From the human T2T-CHM13v2.0 reference genome, Homo sapiens, in the NCBI RefSeq assembly GCF_009914755.1, contig NC_060935.1: a DNA stretch of 64,000 nt; one strand, written 5' to 3'. Shown piece after piece: positions 53,410 to 64,000 of the stretch. Numbering within the stretch: the first letter of the stretch is position 1; every line of letters starts with the position of its first letter. The notes beneath the pieces were generated by a model. That model was not told where the DNA came from. It saw only the letters and a list, made by a program, of their open reading frames with translations, and made no database searches. The translations under genes were made by a program, and so were the position numbers.

Positions 53410-53871
53410 AAAGCAGGGAAGAGAAGGGGAGAAGAGAGAGGAACACAACTTTACCTGGAAACAGAGATTTTATTTCAAATCAAGGATATTTGCTGAATAC
53501 CGTAACAAGATTTTCAGTTTTTTATTTTTTGACAAAACCCCATAACAACTGCTTAACTGATATGCACTTAGTTGTTGGTGTTGAAAGAGATTTTGTAGAA
53601 AGAAGTGGGAATTTCGGCTTTGTGGAGAAATATTTCAGAAACAGACAATAATTTATGAGGTTTCTGGTTTAGAGCATAGATCCACTAAGAATTTAGTCAT
53701 TTTAAAATTTATTTGAAAAATATTTACTGAATATCTATTATGTGCTAGTTATAATTCTCAAAACCAGTGTTCATTGGAGCTTATAGTCTAGCATGGGGAG
53801 ACAGAAATTAATTAGATAATTTTAATTTTTTATTTTTATTTATTATTATTTTTTGAGACAGAGTCTTGCAG

Positions 53872-56800
53872 TGTAGTTTGAAGTCAGGCAATATGATGCC
53901 TCCAGCCTGTTCTTTTCACTTGAGGCAATATGATGCCTCAGCCTTGTTCTTTTCTCTTTCACTTAGGATTGCTTTGGCTATTCTGCCTCTTTTTTGGTTT
54001 CATATGAACCTTAGAATAGGTTTTTTCTAATTTTGTGGAAAATGATGATATTTTGATAGGGATTTCATTGAACCTGTAGATTGATTTGGGCAGTATGATC
54101 ATTTTAATGATATTAATTCTTCCAATCCATGAGCATGGGATGTTTTTCCATTTGTTTGTGTCCTCTACAATTTGTTTAATCAGTGTTTTGTAATTTTCCT
54201 TGTAGAGCTCTTTTATCTCCTTGGTTAAATATATTTCTAGGTATTTTATTATTATTATCATTATCATTGTTTAACTATTATAAATGGAATTGCTTTCCTG
54301 ATTTGGCCCTCCAATAGATCATTGTTGGTTTATAGAAATACTATTGATTTATGTACATTGATTTTGTATCCTGAAACTTTACTGAATTCATTGATCAAAT
54401 CTGAGAGTTTTTTTGGTGGAGTCTTTAGGATTGTCTGGATATAAGATTATATAGTCAGCAAACAGGGCTACTTTGACTTCTTCTTTTCCAATTTGGATGT
54501 CTTTTATTTTTTTCTTTTGCCTGATTGCTCTGGCTAGAACTTCCACAGTATATTGAATAAGAGTGGTGAAAGTGGGCATCCTTGTCTTGTTCCAGTTCTT
54601 AGAGGGAATGCTTTCAACTTTTCCACATTAAGTATGATGTTGGCTATGGATTTGTTGTATCTGGCCTTTATTATGTTGATATATGTTCCTTCTATGCCTT
54701 GTTGAGGATTTTTGTTATGAAAGGATGTTGAGTTTTAATGGATTTTTTTTTGCATCTATTGAGATGATCATATGGTTTTTGTTCTTCATTCTTTTTATGT
54801 GATGATTTGCATTTATTGATTTGCATATGTTGATTTTTGTATTTGCATATGTTTAACTATCCTTGCCTCCCTGGGATAAATGCCACTTGATCATGGTGTA
54901 TTATGTTTTTGATGTGCTGTTGGATTTGATTTGTTAGTATTTTGTTGAGGTTTTTTATGTCTATGTTCATCAGAGATATTGGTCTGTAGTTTTCTTTTTT
55001 GTTTTTGTGTCCTTGTCTGGTTTTGGTATCATGGTGATTCTGGCTTTGTAGAATTAAGAAGAATTCCCTCCTCTTTGATTTTTTGGGTTAGTTTCAGGAG
55101 TATTGGTATTAGTTCTTCTTTGTATGTTTGGTAGAACTTGGCTGTGGATCCATCTACTCCTAGACTTTGTTTTGTTGGGAGATTTTTTTTAAATCACTGA
55201 TTCAATCTCACTAGTAATTATTGATCTATTCAGGAGTTTCATTTCTTCCTGGTTTAATTTGGGGAGGTTGTATGTTTCCCAGAATTTATCTATTTCCTCT
55301 AGGCAGAGTGATTAGTTGTTTATAATAGTCTCTGATGATCTTTTGTATTTTTGTGGTATCAATTGTAATGTCTCCCTTTTCATTTCTGATTTTTATTTGG
55401 ATCTTCTCTCTTCTTGGTTAGTCTAGCTAGTGGTTTATCAATCTTGTTTATCTTTTCAAAGAACCAACTTTTCATTTTGTTGATCCTTTGCTTTTTTTGT
55501 TTGTTTCATTTATTCCTGCTCTTATCTTTGTACTTCTTTTCTTCTGCTAACTTTGGGTTTGGTTTGTTCTTGTTTTTCTAGTTCCTTGAGGTGTGACATG
55601 AATTGTTAATTTATGATCTTTCTACTTTTTTGATGTAGGGATTTAATGCTATCAACTTCCCTCTTAGCACTGCTTTTGCTGTATACCACCAGTTTGGGTG
55701 TGTTGTTTCCATTTTCATTTATTTCAAAAGATTTTAAAATTTCTATCTTACTTCCTTCATTGGACTAGCGATCATTCAGAAGCATGTTGTTTAATTTCTG
55801 TGTGTTTGTATAGTTTCCAGAGTTCCTTTGGTAGTGATTTCTAGCTTTATTCCACTGTGATCTGAGAAGATACTTAATACGATTTTGATTTTTTTAAAAA
55901 TTTTAAGACTTATTTTGTGGCCTAACATGGTATATCTTATACAGTGTTCCATGTGGTGATGAAAATAATATATATTCTGTAGTTGTTGGGTAGAATGTTC
56001 TGTAAATATCTGAAAAGTCCATTTGGTCTAAAGTCCAATGTTTCTTTGCTAATTTTATCTTGATGATCTATCTAGTGCGGTGAGTGATGTGTTGAAGACC
56101 CCCCCCACTATTATCATATTGCTGTATACTTCTTTCTTTAGGTCTAATAATACTTGTTTTGTGAATTTGGGTGCTCTGATGTTGGGTGCATATATATTTA
56201 AGATTGTCATATTCTCTTGCAGAATTGATACCTTTATCATTATATAATGACCTTTGTCCTTTTTTTTTTTACTGTTTTTGATTTAAAGTCTATTTTATCT
56301 GATATAAGTATAGTTATTCCTGTGCACTTTTGATTTCTGTTTTCATAGAATGTCTTTTTCTACCCCTTTACTGTCAGTCTATATGTGTCTTTATAGGTAA
56401 GGTGAGTTTCTTGTATGTAGATATAGCTGGATCATGCTTTCTAAAATCCATTCTGTCAATCTATATATTTTAAGTGGATCATTTAATCCATTTACATTCA
56501 AGGTTAATATTGATATGTGAGGCTTTGTTCCTGTCCATTGTTAATTGTTTTCTAGTTGTCTTTTTGTCTTTGTGGTTTAATGAAATTCTATTGTGTTCAC
56601 ATTTGATTCTTTTCCTCCTTTGTGCAATTGTTTTATAAGACTTATGAGTTTTATATTTTCATGTGTTTTCAGGATGGTGGTTATTGACCTTTCGTTTCCA
56701 TGTTTTAGACTCCTTTGAGTATTTCCTGAAGGACCAGTCTAGTGGTAACAAATTCTCTCTGTGTTTGCTTCTCTGGGAAAGACTTTATTTTGCCTTTATT

Positions 56801-59525
56801 TGTGAAACTTATTCTGGCAGGATATAAAATTTTTGGCTGATTCTTTTTTTCTTTCAGCACTTTGATAATGCCATTCCATTCTCTTCTGGCCTGTAAGGTT
56901 TCTATTAGAAAGTCTGCTGTTAGTTTGATGGGGTTTCCTTTATATTGACTAGATGCTTTTCTCTTACTAATTTTAAAATTCTTTCTTTTACTTTGACTTT
57001 TGACATTCTGAATATAATATGCCATAGTGATGTCCTCTTTGCAGTGTATTTGCCTGGGGATTGCTGGACCTCCTGAATCTGGATGTCTAACTCTCTTGCT
57101 TGACTTGGAAAGTTTTTATTGACTATTTCCTTAAATATGTTTTCTGAACTTTTTGATCTCTCTTCCCCATTGGAATACTGATAATTTATAAGTTCAGTCA
57201 CTTTATGTAGTCCCAGATGTCTTGAAGGCTTTGTTCATTCTTTTTTATTATTTTTTTCCCCTATTTTTGTCTGATTGGATTATTTCAAAAGACCTGTCTT
57301 CAAGTTCTGAGATTCTTTCTTCTGCTTGGTCTAGTCTATTATTGAAGCTTTTAAATGTATTTTGTTGTTTTTTTTTCAATGGATTTTTCATTTCCAGAAT
57401 TTCTCTTTGGTTTTTGTTTAAGATATTTATCTCTTTGGTAAATTTCTCATTTATATCCTGAATTGTTTTTCTGATTTATTTGTATTGGTTCTCAGATTTC
57501 TCTTGTATCTCATGGAGCTTCTTCAAAATCAATATTTTGAATTTTTTATCTGGCATTATTTTTGGTTGGGATCTGGTGCTGGACAACTGTTGTGGTCCTC
57601 TGATGGTGTCAGTTTCCTGCTTGTTCATGTTTCCCATGTCCTTCCGTTGATATCTAAACATCTGGTTTAGTATTCACTTGTTCCAATTTTTTGAAATTGC
57701 TTTTGCAGGGCAGAATTTTTTCCTGAAGATAGATATATGTTGTTGGTTGAATAGGATGCTTTGGCTTTGATTTTGGGTGCCTGCAGTAGTGTGATCTTTG
57801 TATGACTTCTTTGGCAGTACACGGGTTCAGTGGTATCTGTTATTTCCTCTGTGGCTTAGGGTATAGTTAGATGAGGCTGTGGTGAAGTTTTGCTGGGGGC
57901 TTGGACACCCGCTGAGCCAGTATTCATACCCCACTGGTGGCAGAAGTAGGCTGTGTGTCAGTTTTTAGTCTCCAAAGCAGCATACGCTGGCACCAGTGTT
58001 AGTGGGTACTGGAGGGCTGATTCTTGGGCCTGCACTTCACTTGCTTAGAAGCTAGGAGTGGAAGTACAGCTTCCAGGTATGTGGGCAGGTTCTCAAACTC
58101 CTGGGCAGCTGGTGTGATATGGGTAATGGCAATAGTGGTAGTGGAGCAATCCACTGGGAGCCACGTGGTCTTTGCTGGTGTTGCTAGTAGCTGTGATGGG
58201 TTGGGCAGGCTAGTCCTCAGTCCCACAGCTGCCTGAAACAGGGTGATAGGTATTGTCCTAGTTATGAGCAGGAGAGTCTGTTTTCCCTGTGCCTCCCTCG
58301 GCTGGTTGGTGGTTGCAGCCGAGTAGCCTCAAACTCAGTCTGAGGGCACAGCCTTGCATTAAACTCTCAAAATGGTGCTAGCAGGGGCCTGTGACCAGGG
58401 AGGGCAAGGCCCCTCTCAGGTGCGTAGCATGGGCAAGTGTGAGGAGTGTGTTCTGCTCAAGTCTCAGTCTCACAGCAGTCTGTAGCAGAGCAGTGGGTAT
58501 TATCCTTGGTACATGTAAGAGAGCCTGATTTCCCTGTCCCTCCTCAGCCAGGCAGGAGATGCAGCCTTATCAGCTCAAACTGAGCCCAAGGGCAAGGCAC
58601 AGCCCAGCATTAAACTTTCTAAATGATGCCTTGGACCTGCAACCCAGGAGGGAAGGGTGCATCTTAGGAAGGCAGCATGGGCAAGAAGCTGTGGGGAGTA
58701 CGATCTGCTTGAGTCTCAGTTTCACAGCAGTCTGTAGCAGGGTGGTGGGTATTGTCCTAAGTATGAGTAGGAGAGCTTAGTTTCTCTGTCACTCCTTGGC
58801 CAGGTGGTGGCTGCAGCCACATCAGCCCAAACTCAGCCTGAGGGTGGAGCACAGCCCAGCATTAAACTCTCAATATGGTGCCTAGGGTGGGGACTAGGTA
58901 GGGCAGGGCCCCTTCCAGGTAAGCAGTGTGAGCTAGAGGCTCTGGAGAGTGTGGTCCACCTGCATCTCAGTCTCAACAGTAGCCACAAGCAGGGCAGTAA
59001 GGACCCTCCCAGGGGTACATGGGAGCACCCAGTCTCCCCTCCCCTCCTTGGAGCAGCGTAGCATCAGCAGCTTCATCTGTAGGTTCCTGATATCTAGGCT
59101 GTCACAATGGCATTTAGCCAACGCTGGTCTAGGCTTGGATGCCTGTGGGATTTCACGTTGATTCCCTTTCTGGAGCAACATCTCTGGGCAATCTCCAGGT
59201 AGCTTTCTGTGTCAGGCCTGAGGCCCTCAAGGGTTGAGGGGTTCTCCCTAGCCAAGATTGTAAAAGCCCATTTTGGAGTGTGGAACTCAGAGGGTTTCTC
59301 TCTTCTTGTTTTTCTACATCCAGGACCCTCCCCAGGCTTTCAGTCAGTCCCTGGCTAGGCAAGTTGCCTTGAACCCTCTCTTTATTCACTTTTGGTGCAT
59401 CTTGTCACTTCTATGGCGAATCCTAGTGTTCTCTCCTAGACAATCTGTTTGAAAGGTATCTGCTTACTATTCTGGTTCCTCTCTGTGGAGGAGATACACA
59501 CTACCTGTGTCTTGTCAGTCATCTC
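53872..59525 (-). mobile_element. Old L1 (L1PB/L1MA era) with 5'UTR, ORF1 and most of ORF2; 3' end deleted
   Basis: Minus ORFs 56705-57201 (ORF1-like), 56055-56240 (endonuclease), 54388-54579 and 53959-54267 (RT); GC-richer 5'UTR 57700-59525. Confidence 0.85.
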
Positions 59526-60556
59526 TCCCTCTTTTCCTTCAAAGTGCCTGATATTCTTAGGTACTGGCAATGAAAATATGAACAACACACCTTCCCTGAG
59601 CCAGAGGAATTTATGACAGTTCCCAAGAGGAGAGGGTACACTGCACTATGCAGGGCCTCATGGGGAAGCACCAGGACCCAAAGTGATTTTCATCAGAAAA
59701 GGCCCATTGGAAATTCTTTGCATGGAGCAAGCTTAATTAAGTTTAGTGTGATCATATCTATAGTCTGTCACTGCCAGAGTAAATAAAAGTCATCTTAAGT
59801 GATCTTAACAATATTTTACGTCTTATCAAGGAGAAATTGAGTGGATGCTTTAGCATACTATATCCTGGTCTAATAGACTTTTAAATTGTAGCAATTACAC
59901 TTAGTATTGAAATAGGCATCAAATCAATGTGCCATGGAAAGGATTTTTGGAAATCATTTTACAGCTTGCTTAGTAGCTCATTTATTTCCCCCTCTCTTTT
60001 TTAGTCCAATCTGTCAAAAATATTAGTGACCTCTTATTTTTTAGTCTGCTAAATAGTAACATTGAAGAAAAATGTGGGGAAAGCAATGAAAAATATTCAT
60101 AATCCCATCATCCAACAGAAATAATATTTTTATTTTTTGGTTAATAGTTCCAGTACTTGTGCATATGGAAGTATGATTTTCAGATAACTACATTTGGAAT
60201 AAACATGTTTAACCTAGTAGCCCAAACCCACGGACAGGACCAATCAGAGATGCAGAACCACAGATAGCTAAGTAGCCCATGTAGTCAGTGAACAGGAAAT
60301 GAAATGAGATGGCCAGGTACGTAGCTTGGTAGAATTGCCTAAGGCGGAAAGCAGGCAGCTGCAATGGCTCTTCATGTGGTTCCTATAGGCCTCAGTTGTG
60401 GCTTATGTTTCATAGGGTTTTAGGCTGGAGCTAGAATTAGACAATAATTGAATAACAAATTATTTTCTAAGAAAAAAGGTATAAAAGATTATAACATCTA
60501 GTCTCATTTTTGGTATTACCATTCTGTTATTGCTGTAGCTCCATTCTGGCTCACTC

Positions 60557-60557
60557 T

Positions 60558-60607
<50 letters not shown>
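60557..60607. repeat. (TG)n microsatellite
   Basis: Direct reading. Confidence 0.95.
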
Positions 60608-60609
<2 letters not shown>

Positions 60610-61199
60610 GTGTGTAGGTTACTATAATAAGGTTACATACTAGTTAACAGATAAATTAGAGAATGATCTGTTCCCTTGAGGGTAGATGGGGAACAATTTA
60701 AAACGCTCTTTTTAAATAACCTAAATGGCTTCTTATCAGTATAAGGATAAAGTCCAAACTTCTTAGGACAACTTTCCAAGGTTCATGCTCTCAATTACTG
60801 CACTCTACTACCCCTCTAATATGATAGTGCATTTTGTTTCTATTGTGAATGCTATCTTCACTTGGAAAGCTACAGCCATGCATGCCCTGGAAGTCATAGT
60901 TGGCATTGTTTTGATAGTACTAATAACACTAAAACCTCTGAATATGTAGATTTTATATCATATACCAGGCTGCTGATGCCTTGACACTTTATGGAAACAT
61001 GACCTTCTCCTTGTATCATGTATTCTAGGTCCCTTCTTATGCATTATGGTAAACCATGATGTGATTTAAAAGGAACTTGTAATTCTTGGGCTTTTAAATT
61101 TCTGTCATGGCAAATAAGCTAACTTGCTTCCAAAATCTAATTATGTCATCTTTGTACCTGAATTTTTCATAGTTTGAGTTAGACTAGAAAATAAAATTC

Positions 61200-61400
61200 A
61201 TTGATACCTATTGTATGCCAGACACATGGTAGATAATCCTCATAGCAACCTTTCATGACAAATATTATCCTTATTTTATAGCTAAGGCAACTGAGTCTCA
61301 AAGAGATTTAAGCAGCTTTCTAAAGTTAGTAATAAGTGATAAATCTGGGATTCTAGTCTAGGTCTGATCCCAAAACCCTTGTACACCATTTCCAGTGTGA
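61200..61400 (-). mobile_element. MIR
   Basis: aatcctcatagcaacc...ttatccttattttatag.taaggcaactgagtctca.agagattaag. Confidence 0.7.
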
Positions 61401-62529
61401 TCAGATGAGTCAAAATAAATGTGTATATCGGAGCATATTTGTGTTTTATTGTAACCTTGAAAAACTTTGGCTGGTAGTTTGCCAAGATATCTGAATCCAG
61501 AGGTTCCAACTGAGTGAAATTCTATTATACACTTGAGAAACTCTTAAAACTATAGTAAAGTGTGAATATGAACATCTGATTAGAAGATGCAGATGGTACC
61601 CTGACCTCCTTTTTCCAATTTCATTTCTATTTTAATTGTATCTGTCTTCACTTTGGACATGACCATATGGGGAAACGTATCCCTATTACTTATTTTGTGG
61701 AGTGTGCTGGATAATTTCTACAGATATGAATTTTATATTAACTTTGATGTCACAAACAAGCAAGTCAAATGCAGCTCTTCATCATGATGAAATGTTGGCT
61801 AAAAGAGTCACCCTAATATTAATAAAATGTTTTATTCTTCATGTGACTAAATCAGTGTGCATGCAAGAAAAAGAAAGAAAAAATGCTTAGATTCCTTTTT
61901 TAAATTATCTCCAGAATTTCTAATTTTTATAAATTAAGGACCAACAAATCCCATTTTGTTTTCACGTTTGACATTTGTTCCTTTGACTTAAATAACTTCT
62001 CCACTCTTTATTTTCCTATTTGTGGTGATTTGAATAATTTTTCAGAAAATATGTACTTTCTGATAAATTGTAGTGTGTCAGTAATGAAAACTGCTCTATG
62101 GTGCTAAACTTCACCTGTTCTCCAGCCCTGCCTACCTCTTTCTATTCAACCATTTTCTGTTTAAGTGAGATCACCTATTTGAAAATCTATATTCCTTGGC
62201 ACATGGGTTCTAATCTGGACTCTGTCTGCCTTGCTAGGTTCGTCTTCCGTAACTCTCCCACATATACCCAACAGTTTAGCTATATCAAACTACTTGCTGT
62301 TTTCAGTACCATATGTATTTTCACCTTTCTGCCTTTAACCTTCTTTGTCTGGTGAACTCTGCATTGCTATCACTTAGGACTCTGCTTTCTCTAGAAAGCC
62401 GCCTTTTAAATCTTCCTCAGTCTCCTGCTAGGATCAGATGACTTTTCTGCTCTCCCACAGAATACAGTGCACACTATAGCATTTAGTGCACCATATTGTA
62501 ATTATCTGTGTGCTTCCTAACTTTCTCCT

Positions 62530-62694
62530 AATATGCCTTAGAAGTCAAGAGGGAAAGTGGTAGAATATGAGGTTGGAGAGATTTGGGCAGGAGCCAGATC
62601 ACCCAGGGCCTTACCATAAGCCAGAGTAGTCTAAAGTTTATTCTAAGAGCAATGGAAAGCCAATGGAGGGTTTTAAACAGGAGAGTGACATGAT

Positions 62695-62698
<4 letters not shown>
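62530..62698 (-). mobile_element. L2 fragment
   Basis: ggagccagatcacccagggcctt...gagcaatggaaagccaatggagggttttaaacaggagagtgacatgatc. Confidence 0.7.

Positions 62699-62752
<54 letters not shown>
62699..62752. repeat. (TA)n microsatellite (~27 units)
   Basis: Direct reading. Confidence 0.95.
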
Positions 62753-62756
<4 letters not shown>

Positions 62757-62817
62757 CACATGTAAGTGTGTGTATGTATATCTATATCTATATTTATATC
62801 TAAATATAGATATAGAT

Positions 62818-63106
62818 TTGAGGCAGGATCTCACTCTGTCACTCTGGCTGGAGAGCAGTGGCGCAATCATGGCTCACTGCAGCCTCAATCTCCTAGGTTC
62901 AAGTGATCCTGCCACCTCAGCCTCCCTTGTAGCTGGGACCATAGGCGTGCACCACCATACCAAGCTAATTTTTTACATTTTTTGTAGAGACATTGTGTCA
63001 CCATGTTGCCCAGGCTGAGCTGGTCTTGAAGTCCTGGGCTCAAGCAATCCCCGTCTTGGCCTCCCAAAGTTGTAGGATTACAGGCATGAGCCACCATGCC
63101 AGGCCC
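62818..63106 (-). mobile_element. AluJ-type SINE
   Basis: Antisense dimer. Confidence 0.88.
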
Positions 63107-64000
63107 AGAATTTACAAAGGAAGAAAAAAGTTCCAAAGTTGATTTGGAGGTTTTCTCTTGATAGCCTTGTTATAACCACAGAAAGTATGTTTTGTTGAGA
63201 GAAAGATAATATGGACGATCTTTTCTGTCTTTTCCTGAATTTACTAAGATCTAAAAATTCTACTTGCCCTCATTTTTCTTCCCATCTAATGAAAATATGT
63301 TTGATTCTAAATATGTGCCTTATACTTGCACTTCTGCCTTTTGAATTATTTTATTTGGTTCCTCTAATTTTGTCTTCATTCATATCCTTACCATGAAATG
63401 ATCCTCTCCTAAGTTTTGGATCAGCTCTGACTTTTTAAAATTTATATACTAAAATCAGAGGTTCTAAAGTACCTGTATCCTATCAAAAACAATTTTATGT
63501 ACAGCCTTAAGTTACAACTTATTTTTTATCACAAGATTCATAAATAAAAGTCTTAACGGGAATAAATTATACAGCAATTGCTAACTTTGGTGGGATATTT
63601 TTATTGCTCTTTTACTTTTGTGTCTTGCTGATTTTTATAACTAGAAGGGTTTTTTTTACTCTCCCCTCCTCCATTAAAGCACATCATAGTATTCCCTTGA
63701 AGTGGATATAGTCAACATAATGAAACATTTTAAGAGGCTCACAATAGCAGTGTTGATCCTCTTGGTCTTCTTTTCTTTCCAGTATTTTAATGTGTCTGGA
63801 GAACATTTGAGTTCATCATTGACTAGAGAGAAAGTGACCAAAATGCTTTCTGAATTCTCCCTTGATTTCTTGTTAAATGTGGAGATGTGACTGAGTTTCC
63901 CCCATCTGGTTCACTTTAGAGAGCTAATTTCAGGCACCTTATTTTATTTCTCCCCCTTCCTTCTATTCTTCTGCCCTATTTCTTGTGAAATACTGGATTA

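Overview
Human genomic DNA (AluYa5 and SVA present), + strand of ACER3 (alkaline ceramidase 3). The window covers the 3' part of intron 1, the 111-nt coding exon 2 (38836-38946) and the 5' part of intron 2. Almost everything else is transposable-element derived: about 25 Alu/FLAM, several L1s (L1PA7-like, two L1PA5-like, one long L1PB/MA-era), an antisense SVA, solo LTRs (MLT1, MER21, LTR2, MER4, LTR8A, MER41, LTR9/MER61-type, THE1, LTR41), Tigger2, Charlie1, MER3, MIR/L2 relics and microsatellites. Family names come from my recognition of consensus sequences, not from a search, and most repeat boundaries are approximate. I see no new protein-coding or multi-gene system. The most notable items are: (i) a complex Alu+L1 insertion with a six-fold stuttered junction and an inverted templated patch copied from 1.8 kb away; (ii) two L1PA5-like copies bracketing exon 2 in inverted orientation that share private variants, including a frameshift; (iii) a candidate frame-preserving 6-nt microexon; (iv) a MER41 LTR with both STAT1 GAS motifs intact; (v) L1-retroposed LTR transcript fragments; (vi) an SVA with a short 3' transduction and a 53-bp x3 head.
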